Shown piece by piece: positions 43,445-55,600 of a DNA stretch of 64,000 nt. Made by a program: the position numbers and the translations under genes. The first letter of the stretch is position 1, and the number at the start of each line of letters is the position of its first letter. The stretch is taken from contig MFQN01000003.1 of assembly GCA_001783065.1 (NCBI GenBank), positions 15,314 through 79,313 on the forward strand, in the 5' to 3' direction. The notes beneath the pieces are model-generated. The model ran no database searches. It was not told the DNA's origin and worked only from the letters and a program-made list of their open reading frames with translations. The DNA is from Candidatus Magasanikbacteria bacterium RIFCSPLOWO2_12_FULL_43_12. Its GTDB lineage: Bacteria; Patescibacteriota; Patescibacteriia; Magasanikbacterales; UBA922.

Positions 43445-44020
43445 TTAAAAACCACCCATCGAACCACTTGACAGTTTTTTCTTTTGTTTATTGAATTCAT
43501 CAAGATCAATAATTTCTTTTTCATAAAGCCAATTGAGTGATCTTAATTTTTCGTCTTGTTCAAATGAATCGCTAACATATTTATTTAAGAAAAAAGATCT
43601 TCTCTTCTCAAAAATTTCTTTAATAAAATTATCCAGTGTTTCTTTATCCGGTCTATTATTAAAGAAAACTAGATTTGCGCTATTCAATCCTTGAATTATT
43701 CTAAAGTCTTTTTTATTAAATAAAAAAATTGCTAAACTTATGATAGCCATACCAATCCAAAATAAAATTGCCCACTTGTCATCAGTTGAATAATAAATTT
43801 GGACAATACCTAATATAATTGAAACAATTAAAAAAACAAAAAAAACAACGAGCCAGCCTCCCTTTTTATTTGTAGAAATAATTTCTTTGTTTAAAATTTC
43901 TTCAAATGAAAGTGCGCATTCAAAATAATTCCACAAGTACCTATCAGAAACCTTCACGCCATTATCTAAAATTTCAAACTTTTTGAAATTTAGACCGTAT
44001 CTTTGATTTAAAGTATTCAT
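43445..44020 (-). CDS. hypothetical membrane protein (2 TM) with a SHOCT-like C-terminal tail
   Basis: 191 aa; WLVVFFVFLIVSIILGIVQIY and ILFWIGMAIISLAIFLF; C-terminus ...LNWLYEKEIIDLDEFNKQKKKL. Confidence 0.5.
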   Translation of the reverse strand: MNTLNQRYGLNFKKFEILDNGVKVSDRYLWNYFECALSFEEILNKEIISTNKKGGWLVVFFVFLIVSIILGIVQIYYSTDDKWAILFWIGMAIISLAIFLFNKKDFRIIQGLNSANLVFFNNRPDKETLDNFIKEIFEKRRSFFLNKYVSDSFEQDEKLRSLNWLYEKEIIDLDEFNKQKKKLSSGSMGGF

Positions 44021-44089
44021 AATAATTTAATTGGCTTTTTTATAATTTCAATTATCAATACCATTTTAAAAAAATCCGGCGGGGAAAAA

Positions 44090-44965
44090 TTACCAACAAA
44101 TTACCGCCTCCCCACCAATCTTTTCTTTTATAAAATTCTTTGCTTCTGTAAAACTACCAATTTCATCTATCAAACCGTTTTCTAATGCCATCTCGCCTGG
44201 CATCGAAGATCCATCAGCCAGCGACTTCACTTTTTCAACATCCAAATTACGACTTGTGGCGATGCTTTTCACAAGATCATCGTGAAGTATCTGTATATCA
44301 CGCATAATTAATTGTTTTTCCTCTTCTGTCAGTTGCTTGTTCGGATTAGCGGAATCTTTGTATTTTCCAGAACTTAGTATATTATACTTTACTCCGTCTT
44401 TTTCGTTCTTTTTTACATTATCGAGATACGACATGGTTACACCAATACTTCCTACATCCGAATTTTTTAATGCAAATATTGTGTCAGCCCCGGTTGCCAC
44501 ATAATATGCCGCTGACAGGCCTTGAGATCTAATCAATGTTATAATCGGTTTATCCAAATGTTTCATTGCTTCCACAATTTCTTCTGCAGCCGCAGTATAC
44601 CCGCCGAACGAATCTATTTCTAATAATACCGCCTTGATATTCTCATGCTTTTTTGCTTCATCCAAATTAAATATAATATTTTCTGAGGCGGTTGAATCTG
44701 AATAAAATTCTTTACTCTTGTCATCAATAGTATTTGGTATATATGTCACTAGATTACCGCGTAAAACAACACCAGCCACGTTACAATCTCCGGCATAACG
44801 CTCCGTACTCTGTACTGATGTGTTGAGTTTAGAAAAATCTATTTTTGTGTAAAAAAAATACGCCACACTAATTACAAAAATTATAAAACTCAATCCTATG
44901 CCTGCCGCCACAAACATAAAAATTCTTTTAATATCATTATTGTTCCCCTGCTTTATTTCTTCCAT
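44090..44965 (-). CDS. sppA: signal peptide peptidase SppA (S49 family, ClpP fold)
   Basis: ...KAVLLEIDSFGGYTAAAEEIVEAMKHL.KPIITLIRSQGLSAAYYVATGADTIFA...; N-terminal TM helix; 291 aa. Confidence 0.75.
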   Translation of the reverse strand: MEEIKQGNNNDIKRIFMFVAAGIGLSFIIFVISVAYFFYTKIDFSKLNTSVQSTERYAGDCNVAGVVLRGNLVTYIPNTIDDKSKEFYSDSTASENIIFNLDEAKKHENIKAVLLEIDSFGGYTAAAEEIVEAMKHLDKPIITLIRSQGLSAAYYVATGADTIFALKNSDVGSIGVTMSYLDNVKKNEKDGVKYNILSSGKYKDSANPNKQLTEEEKQLIMRDIQILHDDLVKSIATSRNLDVEKVKSLADGSSMPGEMALENGLIDEIGSFTEAKNFIKEKIGGEAVICW

Positions 44966-44966
44966 A

Positions 44967-45854
44967 TCATTGTGCGTTAGACTTTTTATTTAGTTTCTTA
45001 GTTTTAATCTCAGTGATTTTTCTTTGTACAGAATCCAATGGCCTTACCAAGTAAATAAGGAAAACAAACTTTAAAATTAACGGCCAAATCATAAGAGGCA
45101 TCCTAAATAATATTAGCGTAACCAGATTTTCTAAAATAAGAATAATCAATATGGCAATAGCAACTTCTAAAGCAAGTTTATTTTTCTTTTTAATTAATTG
45201 TCCTAATGCAAAAAAAATGAAAGCTAATATTATTATTATAATCAAATAAATCTTAGCAAGCAAACCTTCGGATATCTTATTTAAATAAACAATTACAGAA
45301 AAGACACTGGATACAGCCAAAATAAATGCTACATTCGAAGCGACATTCCATATTTTGTCGGAATCAGATAGCACACAATTTTTTGAATCAGCTTGTAAAT
45401 TTAAGTACGCCGACTGTCCAGACACACTATCATTAATATTTCTTTGTACCCGTATAAATGGAAACATTTTACCAACCCGAAAAGCGTAAACATACAAGAC
45501 AGTGAATAGTGGTATAATTAATAATAACCAAAACACATAACCAAAAATTACCGACCATTGAGGTAAATCAGCAGCGGCTACTTTTGGTTGAATTGCGACA
45601 AAAAAATACACCGTATTCCATACTATGGCTACAAAAAAGAAAAACTTCCAAAATATCTTCTCCAATATTTTTTTACTCCAACAAAAACCATACAAACCAA
45701 CTAATGCTGGAATTAATACCACTAAATCAATAAATTTCCAAATACTATCAAATCCTTTGGAATAATCCATGATTGATAGTATCATATAAACCCAAAACAG
45801 TATCTTCCAACCGATATTTTTTGGTTTAATTAGATTCTGTTGAACTTCGTCCAT
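44967..45854 (-). CDS. hypothetical polytopic membrane protein
   Basis: 295 aa, at least 7 hydrophobic helices; 2-nt gap to sppA. Confidence 0.55.
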   Translation of the reverse strand: MDEVQQNLIKPKNIGWKILFWVYMILSIMDYSKGFDSIWKFIDLVVLIPALVGLYGFCWSKKILEKIFWKFFFFVAIVWNTVYFFVAIQPKVAAADLPQWSVIFGYVFWLLLIIPLFTVLYVYAFRVGKMFPFIRVQRNINDSVSGQSAYLNLQADSKNCVLSDSDKIWNVASNVAFILAVSSVFSVIVYLNKISEGLLAKIYLIIIIILAFIFFALGQLIKKKNKLALEVAIAILIILILENLVTLILFRMPLMIWPLILKFVFLIYLVRPLDSVQRKITEIKTKKLNKKSNAQ

Positions 45855-45909
45855 ATTTAAATTAATTTAATTGGTCGTGTCCACATCCTTTCTCAGCGCC
45901 AAAATTGAA

Positions 45910-46275
45910 TTATTGTGAATTAAAATCCTGCTTGATTTTATTAAGCCATTCTCTACCATTTTGATTCAGTAATTTTTCACCAACTTCAAGACCTTTTTTA
46001 GAACCCACTAAAACTTCAAAAACACCAACTTGAGGCAAATTCTGAACGTTTGGATCTTCAGAATCCTGCATTTCGTTTATTAAATCAAAAGATTTTTTGA
46101 TTACCCTATCACCCTGAGACTCAGATTTAATTTTTCCTAACAGAAAGTCACCAAATTTGTCAAAAACTATTGTGGGTTCACTTAGCTCAAATTCATCAAA
46201 CTGGTGATAAGATTTAAGCTCTGGAACCCTATTTAGTAATTCTTGCACTGCATTGTCGTGGGTTATTTTTGTCAT
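45910..46275 (-). CDS. putative immunity protein for orphan RHS toxin cassette 3
   Basis: 121-aa acidic protein immediately downstream (2-nt gap) of the orphan C-terminal toxin ORF. Confidence 0.45.
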   Translation of the reverse strand: MTKITHDNAVQELLNRVPELKSYHQFDEFELSEPTIVFDKFGDFLLGKIKSESQGDRVIKKSFDLINEMQDSEDPNVQNLPQVGVFEVLVGSKKGLEVGEKLLNQNGREWLNKIKQDFNSQ

Positions 46276-46276
46276 A

Positions 46277-47360
46277 TTATTTTTTTACATCAGTCGCCGT
46301 TTTCACAGCATCTTTAAGATTGTTTAATAATGATTGTCCTATTTGTCTATCTTGAGTAGATAAATTATCCTGTCCAAGATACCTCGTTAATTCTGTAATT
46401 CTTCCAGTAGCCTTCTCTATGTGTCCAGACTTAGAGAGTAAATCGCCTGTTTGAGTTTCGTAACGCAATGCATCCGCTGTGCCACCGTCACCTATTTTAG
46501 ATCCTTTTCTATACAATTGTTGTACAATTTCTTTCAGCTTATGGTCAGATACATTGTCTAATAAAACTCCTCTAGTATTTTTACCAGCTTTCGTAATATC
46601 AAATGCATGATTTGCGGCCTTCCCTGCCGCCCCATACCCGCCACCAGGCAATACAACACCGAGCAACATACCGCCGGTCGCGATTCCTTTGTCGCTAAAC
46701 GTTGCATCTTTGTCTGCCAAAGTAGATACCGTATCATACACATCATAAGCTGACATACCAAATTCTGCAACAGCCCACGCGGCTATCAAGATAGGTATTA
46801 TTTCCCCATCCGGATCCGTATATTTCAACGGATTGTTATTCGCGTAAGCGTAACTATTCAAACTTTGAGGATCTGATAAATGAACTTTTAGACTTCTCTC
46901 ATACTTTTGTTCAAACCATGCCGCTCCGATGTCGAGGAAAGATGGATCCTCGCTCAAAAACTGCCCTCTCTAACCATCATAATACCTCGCATTAAGGTAA
47001 GACAGCTCGCTTTCTTCATCAAAATATTGTCCAATGAATTGTTTGCTTGTATTATCAGAACCAACGTCAATTCTCTTTTTTCCGTATGGATAATAGTCAA
47101 ATACATGCGTGGCAGAACCTTGATTGTCCGTGGTTATGTTTGTGCTGCCGAGGTGGTCGGTGTGGATATATTTTACACTGTTATTGTTTTCAATGGTAGC
47201 GACAAGGTTGTTTCCGGCGTAGATATATTTAGATGTTTTATTTCCCTCTTTTTCGTAGTGTTTAAATGGGTATATTGTAGTTGTGCCATTGGTGGTCTTT
47301 TTTGTTCTTTGTCCGGATTCGTCGTACGCGTATGTAACACTGTTGGTAACACATCATGAC
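46277..47360 (-). CDS. orphan RHS C-terminal cassette 3: ~400 nt of RHS-core homology (46958-47360, interrupted by an in-frame TAG) plus core end DPxG...NNNPLKYTDPDGE and a distinct C-terminal toxin domain (ORF 46277..46957)
   Basis: 46958-47360 is about 90% identical to 50340-50740 of the main rhs gene; the translated ORF begins MSEDPSFLDIGAAWFEQKYERSLKVHLSDPQSLNSYAYANNNPLKYTDPDGE, followed by a unique ~170-aa tip. Confidence 0.7.
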
Positions 47361-47367
47361 CTCGTTT

Positions 47368-47688
47368 TTAATGTTCCATCCCAATCCAATCAGTTAAAAT
47401 ACCATAAACTTCTGTAGCTAAATCTTTATATTTTTCAACAAAACCGGCAGTCTCCTCGTCAAATGTTTCGATGAAAACTTTGTGGACGTTTCTGATAAAT
47501 TCGTCAACATTAAAACTTAGATTAAACATTTCCACACTCTTTTTTATTTCGAGATCATATTCATCATGATTGTTTGCATCTGCGTAGTATATCCCAACAG
47601 GATTATACTTGTTAAACACTTTCCTCAACTTTTCAAGAATGACAGAACCTTCGGCCAACTCGATCAATCTACCTTTGTCAACCATCAT
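47368..47688 (-). CDS. hypothetical small acidic protein (possible orphan immunity protein)
   Basis: 106 aa; located between two toxin cassettes; no recognisable motif. Confidence 0.4.
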   Translation of the reverse strand: MMVDKGRLIELAEGSVILEKLRKVFNKYNPVGIYYADANNHDEYDLEIKKSVEMFNLSFNVDEFIRNVHKVFIETFDEETAGFVEKYKDLATEVYGILTDWIGMEH

Positions 47689-47819
47689 AAGCCGCCACCC
47701 CCCTTCTTTTTATTCCATTCTAATGCCATACATTAGATAGTTTAATTTTAAAAAACAACAGGACTATCCTTTTCTCTTGTAACAGCATCGGTTAAATCAT
47801 TCATTTTTAGGGGTTTAAT

Positions 47820-48152
47820 TTATGGTGACCCCTCAAATAATTTAATTAATTCTCGACACGCGATCTTAGCATTATTCATATAATAATCCTCGGTAGTTTT
47901 AATTTCTTTATCCTTTTCAGCAAGTGCATCGTGACTCCACTTCTTTCGCACATCACCAAACGGCAGATGATCTGTCTCTGATGCAACACCTACAAAAAAC
48001 AACAAACTTTTGTTATTTTCTAAATTATACCCAAACTGAAAACCATTCAATTTGCGAGCCCCCTCAATAATGCTAATCTTATTATCCAGAATATCATTTG
48101 CAATTTTGATAATTTTTTCTTTGTAATCCATATTATTTTTTAAAAAAATCAA
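47820..48152 (-). CDS. putative immunity protein for orphan RHS toxin cassette 2
   Basis: 110 aa; overlaps the 3' end of the toxin ORF by 20 nt. Confidence 0.45.
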   Translation of the reverse strand: MIFLKNNMDYKEKIIKIANDILDNKISIIEGARKLNGFQFGYNLENNKSLLFFVGVASETDHLPFGDVRKKWSHDALAEKDKEIKTTEDYYMNNAKIACRELIKLFEGSP

Positions 48153-49173
48153 TTAACACGCTTTTAACTTCCACTATTTTATTATTTGCAACATTCTTGT
48201 AATAATGCGGTTGATAACGGATACCAGTTGGACTCACAAAAATTTCTTTTGTTACATTTTTTACCCAATTTTTTGCTCCGCCACCATATTGTTCAGATAA
48301 TCTTTTTGCCGCTCGTAAAGTTCCTTCTGCCCCGGAAAAAATTGTTTTACTATTTTCAATAACTTCCTTTTTTAACAAACCAGCTTGAGTAAAGGCACTC
48401 CATAATACTGAACCACCTTCCTTAATCCCCTTATTCGCAACTGAACTTCTTCCACCCGTCCCCACATCAAGCGCCATAAAACCAATCGCCAATCCACGCG
48501 TACTGCCCTTTGTGTCCGGGTCAAACACATCCGCCGCGTTGTTTATCATACCACCAATGGTATGGTTCACAAACGCCGCCGAATGACCAACAATACCACC
48601 TTGTGCTTGTGCGTAATCCGCCGAAGCATTAAAGAAATCCCCGACTTTTCTTTGATCGGCGGCCATTTGTCTGCCGATATCGCCGTAAAATTGACCGTCG
48701 GGATCAGTATATCTCAGCGGATTATTCTTAACATACGCATACGAATTCAGGTTTTGCGGATCTGCCAAGAGTTGTGGTAATTTCATTTCCGTAATTTGTT
48801 CTGCTTCGCGTGTACCCATTACTATACTTAGCGGATCCACACTCATAAACCTCCCCACCTCACTATCATAATACCTCTGTCCGGCGTAATACAATCCGCT
48901 CGCGTCAAGCTCATACCCAGTGAACTTCTTATCGTTTTCGTAAGTCGTGTATTTATTATCCAACCGAACCGAGCCGAATGGGTAGTAATCCAATACTTCA
49001 ACCGCATACCCGTCTTTATTGGTTTCAACGCTTGAACCCGAGAGATGATCGGTGTGATGATAGATTATTTTTCCGTCGTCAATCGTGGCGATTGAGCTGT
49101 CTCCGGCAAAGATATGTTTCTTTGCTTTTCCTTGCCCTGAACCAGGCTGAATGGCGGCTTCAATAGTATACAA
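48133..49173 (-). CDS. orphan RHS C-terminal cassette 2 (core end + unique toxin domain)
   Basis: ...IIYHHTDHLSGSSVETNKDGYAVEVLDYYPFGSVRLD...YYAGQRYYDSEVGRFMSVDPL...DPQNLNSYAYVKNNPLRYTDPDGQ, followed by a ~190-aa unique tip. Confidence 0.7.
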   Translation of the reverse strand: MYTIEAAIQPGSGQGKAKKHIFAGDSSIATIDDGKIIYHHTDHLSGSSVETNKDGYAVEVLDYYPFGSVRLDNKYTTYENDKKFTGYELDASGLYYAGQRYYDSEVGRFMSVDPLSIVMGTREAEQITEMKLPQLLADPQNLNSYAYVKNNPLRYTDPDGQFYGDIGRQMAADQRKVGDFFNASADYAQAQGGIVGHSAAFVNHTIGGMINNAADVFDPDTKGSTRGLAIGFMALDVGTGGRSSVANKGIKEGGSVLWSAFTQAGLLKKEVIENSKTIFSGAEGTLRAAKRLSEQYGGGAKNWVKNVTKEIFVSPTGIRYQPHYYKNVANNKIVEVKSVLIDFFKK

Positions 49174-49247
49174 CCTGTTCGGGTAGATTGAAACTTTACC
49201 CTGCGCCCCTGTGGCGCCAGGGTTGGTGTTTTCGGTTTAAATTTTAA

Positions 49248-49601
49248 TTAACTCTTAATCTCATAAGAAAAATCTAATTCGTCATAGCGATTTTCTTTAT
49301 GTGTATTTTTTTCTATAATTTCTTCTAATATTTTTTTGTCTTTTGGATCAATATTATCAAGAGCCTTATAATTTTCGAGAACAAGATGAATGCCGGTTAT
49401 TTTGTCACGATCGGGGTCATCGATGAAGGTTTTAGATTCAGTGTCAAGACTCTGAAAACTATCATCAAACGAATCCCAATTTGCATTTGTTTTCTCGCTA
49501 TCTACTGGCGGATAAGCAAAATCAAATATCTTATTAAAACAATATAAAAGATCTGCTTTACTTTTGACATTAATTAAATTTACAGTATATTTTTTAATCA
49601 T
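49248..49601 (-). CDS. putative barstar-like immunity protein for the main RHS toxin
   Basis: 117 aa, very acidic (D/E-rich), immediately downstream (5-nt gap) of the rhs gene whose tip is barnase-like. Confidence 0.45.
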   Translation of the reverse strand: MIKKYTVNLINVKSKADLLYCFNKIFDFAYPPVDSEKTNANWDSFDDSFQSLDTESKTFIDDPDRDKITGIHLVLENYKALDNIDPKDKKILEEIIEKNTHKENRYDELDFSYEIKS

Positions 49602-49605
49602 AAAT

Positions 49606-52600
49606 TTAATTATTTTTATTAACTTTCAAAAAAGCTGGTCCTTTATTTTTTTGTTCGCCATAATGAGTGTTCGTATAATACATTTCCCCATTTTTTCCTG
49701 TGACGAGTCTTTCGGCCGTTCTGTTGCCTTGGTTTGGAGTTGTGTCCCATTTCTGGTAGTGCCCTTTTTCTTGTTGAGGCAAGTAACCTTCTTTATTTTC
49801 AAACAGCCCTCCTCCTTTATAATTTTGCATTGGACTCTTAAAACCATTCCCCTCCAAGTGTTCTATCACTCCTTGCACATGCGAAGGCAACGCGCCTCTC
49901 CCAATACTTGCCATTTCATTTGCCTTCCTCACCATCCCTCCCGCAACGAATGGAACACCAGCCGCCAATCCGCTGATAGTACGATCTGTCCATGAAAGAG
50001 GGTTGCCTGAGAAAGTGTCTTTTCCTGATATGGCCTCTTTTGCGTCTATGATATCTCCCAGCACGGGGGTTGAACGGATTGAACTTTCCATGGGGCGATT
50101 TGCAAAGGCATTTCCTATCATTCCAATAAGGGCTGATTGGGTGGCGATAAATGTTCCTGCGGCAATTATGGAAGGAGTTGTGTAGGCTATAATAGGTACA
50201 AGAAAGGCAAGCTCTCCGTTTTGGTCTTGATACATGATGGGATTATTCCTAGCGTACGCATAGCTATTAAACGATTGGGGGTCTATCAAATTCTGCCCAC
50301 TCCTCCAAAACACCGGATCTTGTGAAAGGAATTTTCCTCTCACCCCATCATAATATCTCGCGTTAAGGTAAGACAGCTCGCTTTCTTTGTCAAAATATTG
50401 TCCGATGAATTGTTTGTTTGTATTATCAGAACCAGCATCAATTCTCTTTTTTCCGTATGGATAATAGTCAGATACATGGGTGACAAAACCTTGGTTGTCA
50501 GTAGTTACGTTTGTGCTGTCCAGGTGGTCGGTGTGGATATATTTTACACTGTTATTGTTTTCAATGGTAGCGACAAGGTTGTTTCCGGCGTAAATGTATT
50601 TGGTTGTTTTCGTCCCGTCTTTTTCGTAATGTTTGAATGGGTATATTGTAGTTGTGTCATTGGCTGTTTTCTTGGTTCTCTGCCCGGTTTGGTCGTACGC
50701 ATACGTAACTTTGTTGGCGACAGTCGCGGTGGTTGTATTTGTCGACGACTGCGTGTAGGTGACGGTGAGATACGGATCTTGAGTGGTGCCTGTGTATTCT
50801 CCAGAAAAGATGGAAAAATAATTGTACCGTGTGGACGTTGCCGACGAACTGATGAACGCGGAATCAATGACATCATGTCCTTCGCGCAATCCGAGCTTGG
50901 TTGCGCCGGTCTTTGAAACCCAATTCCTACCATTGGCATTAAAATTGAAAGTAAGATACTTGCCAGTGATGATGTTAGTAAGGTCTTTGCGCTCGCTTAA
51001 ATCTATACCTTCAGTTGGATTGTCAATACTTCCGGCCTGATCAAAGTCGTCTATGGAAAGGGCTGCCGCGCTGGCTTGAGAGGCCTGAACTACTGTGATA
51101 AAATCATCGCCGTCATTGTCGTGATTGGTTATTGATTGTGGAAAGACGTTGAGCGAGGCGGAAGTGACTGTTGCGTTGTCGGGAATCTGGGATGTGTCAA
51201 AAGGCAAGAATGAACGATAGATAACATAGCTGGCGGTTGATTTGGCAGGTCCTGTCAGAAGGTAGGAAAATGTCGCGGAAGCGCCTGAACCAGACGTTGC
51301 GTCATGCGCCGTGTCCCAAGAGAAGCTGGATTTGAAGATGGATCCATCCACTGCGGTTGGATAAAAATTCATGGTTGTGGTCGTTGTGGCGGCAGTATTT
51401 ATGGTTGGGGAGGTCGCGGTCTCACCGGAAGACACCAGACGGTTCTGGTAATCCCATTCGTACGTCGTTATACCGTCGCTGACAAGGTTGCCGTTGTTGT
51501 CGTAGGCGAATGTCTTGTTGCCGACTTGAGTTACCGCGTGAGGATTGGTATATCCGGTTTGGGCGTACGCGTAATCCCCGACATCTGATTTGTTTAAGAT
51601 GTTTCCAATCGCGTCATAATTATATGTTTGCGTGTAATTTTGATTGTTTTTGGCGTTGGTTATGGTGGCGGATTTTAATCGGTACAAATCATCGTAAGTA
51701 TAGTTGCTCGTTTTGGCAGTGTCTAAATTTCCCGCGTCAATTATTTGGGTGATGTTGCCGACTGTGTCATAGGCGTAAAAAAGATCTTGCAACGTAACAA
51801 CCGCCGATTTTGAGTCGGATTTGGTTGTTTGCGTATAGGTGACGGTAAGATACGGATCTTGAACGGTGCCGGAGTATTCGCTCGTACGGATGGTCAAAAA
51901 ATTGTATTGTATGGTTGTTGAAGACGAACTCGTAAATGCCGAATCAATCACGTCATGACCTTCGCGCAGACCCAATCGCGTTGCGCCGATCGCGGAAATC
52001 CAACCCAGTCCGGTGGAATTAAGGTTGAAGGCGAGATATTTGCCAACCGCGATATTGGTGATGTCTTTGCGTTCGTTTGAATTAACGCCTTCGGTCGGGT
52101 TATTTATGGCCCCAGTTTGATCAAAATCTTCCTTGGCAAGTATCGTCGTACTCGCCTGGGACGTCTGCACAAGCGTGATAAAGTCATCTCCATCGTTGTC
52201 ATCATTTTTTTTCGCATAGACATACACGTTGAGCGAGGCGGATGTGATCGCGGCGTCGTCAGGAATGGAGGAAGTATCAAAAGGGAGAAAGGTACGATAG
52301 ATGTAATACAACTTTGAAGATTTGATGATTCCCGTAGTGGCTGCTAAAGCGGTATAGTTGCTGGCTATTCCCGCTGTCGCGTCATGCGCCGCGTCCCAAG
52401 AAGGGTTGGAGCTATAGATATACCCGTCTCCGGCTGTTGGATAAAACGTCTGGGTGGTTGTCGTGGTCGTCGCGCCAGATGATTCTTGCTTATACCCGGT
52501 CGTCACTTTATGCTTGAGACGGTGAAGTTGGTTTTCATCGTAGGTGTTTGTCGTGGCTGTGCCATTGCCATTTTCTTGATAAGCAATCTGTCCAAGCGGA

Positions 52601-55600
52601 GAATAATCAAAATCATTTACCACGCTCGCAAAATCTCCGCCAGTGCTTTCTTTTTGGGAAATATTTTCAAGCAGACCCGCGGAATTGTATTGATTTTTTA
52701 CTTCGCTATTATCCGGATAGATTGTTGACTTTACATTGCCGGCTCTATCATAGGTGTATTGAGTAACATAATCTATCGCGTCAATATCCTTTGTCTCCTT
52801 CGCTATTTGTCCCAAGGCATTATAGTCATAGCTCGTATTTGCGCCGCTGTTTTTCACGCCGCACAATCGGCCGATGCCGTTTGCACAGCCGGCATCATAA
52901 GTGTAGGTTACTTCAACTCCGGCCTGCGCCGCGGTGTCTTCGGTGATTTTTCGATTGAGTGAATCATAATTATACGCGACAATTTGATTTTTCGGATCGG
53001 TTTGGTTTTTTAAATTCCCGTTGTTATCATAAGTGTAATTCCAAATCCCAAACGTGAAATCGCCAGGGGCGTGCGAATCTTGGGCAGATAATCTCCTTCC
53101 CAAACCGTCGTAGCCGAAATTTCTTACATTTCCAAGAGCGTCGGTAATTTTCACCAGATTATCATTTCCATCATACCCGTAATACGTGTGATAATTTGCC
53201 AGCGCCGGATTAGTGATTTTTTCCGTTACCTGAATTAAACGTCCAAACGCGTCATTGTAATAGTCTTTGGTATTTCCTTTCGCGTCAATGGTGGAAACTT
53301 TCCAGTTGAAATAATTATTGGCAGTCGTCCCAACCGCGTTGGTGATAGTTTTCACTCGTTTGAGAGCGTCATAAGTATAGGTGGTGTATAAATTTGTGTT
53401 TATTGTCGGCGCGGTTTGCGCGGAGCCGACGGAAAAATATGCCAACGTCTCGGATTCAACCATGCCTAATTTATTATACGCGAAATCTTCCACGGAAAAA
53501 CCGTCTTCCACTTCAGTTCGTTCTTGAATTGTCTTGTCCAAACCGTTTATGTATGAAAAAGAATCAACGGCGTTGGCGTCGTCTAAATATTTTTTTGTCT
53601 GAACCGCGCGCGGATTGGTATTGTCCGTGTAAAAATATTCGGCTGACACGACCAAAGCTGTCGGATTGCTTGCATCCGGTATGCGCTCTTGCTTGACTCG
53701 GCCGAGCGGGTCAAAAGACGTTTCATACGCGTAATTATTCGCGTCTATTATCTGCTTAGGTTTGCCGACAGCATAATCGTATTGGTATTTAACCGTTTGT
53801 CCGAGCGAGTTGGCGATGGCCGCGGGATAAAGATTATTTGCATCATAAATCATCGTCGTCAAATTATTATTGCCGTCGTATGATTTCACCGCCAAACCGA
53901 AATTATTATATGTCTTTTGATTATCCGCGTATTGATTCCCGCTTATCCAATTTTTCTCTTTGGTTTTATTGCCGATACTCGCTTGCCCGAAAGGCAGATT
54001 ATCATAATACGAGATTGTTTCGCGAATTTTTACGCCGCTTGAATCAGTAACGATTTCTTGAGACAACAAGGCGATAATATTCGCGCCGTTTCCAGCGTAA
54101 GAATATGTATGAATTCTGGCGTCCGCGCCGACATCCGCGATCGCGCCGTTATTTGGCGCTGATACTTCGCCCCATTCTGTTTTCTTGGTTAAATTGCCGT
54201 TTGAATTATTATATGCAAAACTTTCCGCGCCGGCTTTTTCCGCGCCGGCGCTATCAAAACTTTTTTTGATAGTTTCCGAATTGAAAACAAAACTGCGATT
54301 ATTACCCAAATCCGCCAAACCAAATTTATTTAATGTTTTTGCTTGCAATTTTCCGCTACCATCCAATATATCCTCGCGGTACATCAGATTAATTTTTGCC
54401 GGATGGTCAACGTACTCACCCAAAGCGCTGTCGGTTTCATCGCCTTGATGAAAATACTGTTTGGTAACATTTCCCAGCGCGTCGGTTTTGGCTACCATCT
54501 GAAATCCGGCAAAACGTTTATCCAGATAATTGTTAAAATAATATTTCCCGCCTTCATATTGATAACTCGTCGTCGCTTTATTGCCCAAACCGTCATCGGT
54601 CGCAATCTTATCCGCCACATACACCATAAAAGGCAGTTTTGGATTGGCTTGCGAGCCGTCAGTCTTTTTGAACATCTGGGCGGTTTGGTATGTTACTTCG
54701 GTAATCGCGCCCTTGCTGTGGTCAACGCGAATGAGCAAATCAGCTTTCGCCCCCTTATTCAAATATACACCATTGCCGCCCTCGCCGCCAAGCCGCAGAA
54801 AATCGCTCAAACCATCTCCATTCACGTCTATTACGCGCCAGCCATTATCCAAATTGTTTCCTCCGCCAGAATCTTTAAGAAAAGATGTGGGGATAGTTTG
54901 AGTAGAATCATACGCCCAGCCGGCGCCATCGCCTTTGTTCATATACACAACCAAGGGGTCGGTGGCTTTTAATCCATTCCCGCGCGCGAAATCCACCAAA
55001 CCGTCGCCGTTAATATCCAAAAAACTGTTAGCGCCGTCGTATGTGCCTGGGATGCCGCCGCCTAAATATGGCGTGTCAAGCGAATAAGAACAATCATAAT
55101 TTTTTCCGCCATCAATATTTAAACAAGTACTTGCCTTCGGCAACACTTGGGTCCCGCTATCGCTAACAGTGACAAACCCGGAATAAACAAAATCTTCCAA
55201 CCCGTCGCCATTAACATCCATAATCACTGTTTCATAAGGGCTGTTCATTTGCGAACACATATAATAGCTCGGCGGAAGAGAATGCTCGCTGCTTGATTCC
55301 CACGCGCCATTTCCTTTATTGATAAAAATTCCTTGAATCCAAGGAGTATATTTTAATATGTCTGCCAAACCATCGCCGTTTATGTCTGCCAAACGCACGC
55401 AATTATCCAAAATACCATTGGTTGGCGATATGTTTATAAAAAGAGCCGGTGAATTATAATTTGCATCCATTACCCAGCTATCTTGTCCGATTTTCTTGAT
55501 AAATACTTTGGTTGGCTGGGCCACATTATCTTGTATTTTTCCATACACAAAATCCAGCATACCGTCGCCATTCACATCGCCAAGACGAACGCCATTATCG

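Noticed and set aside
46907-47359. 150-aa plus ORF at 46907..47359, and plus ORFs 50398..50916 and 54343..54972 inside RHS sequence
   Set aside because: The minus strand encodes recognisable RHS/YD repeats homologous between the main gene and the orphan cassette; the plus-frame products are Cys/Val-rich nonsense.
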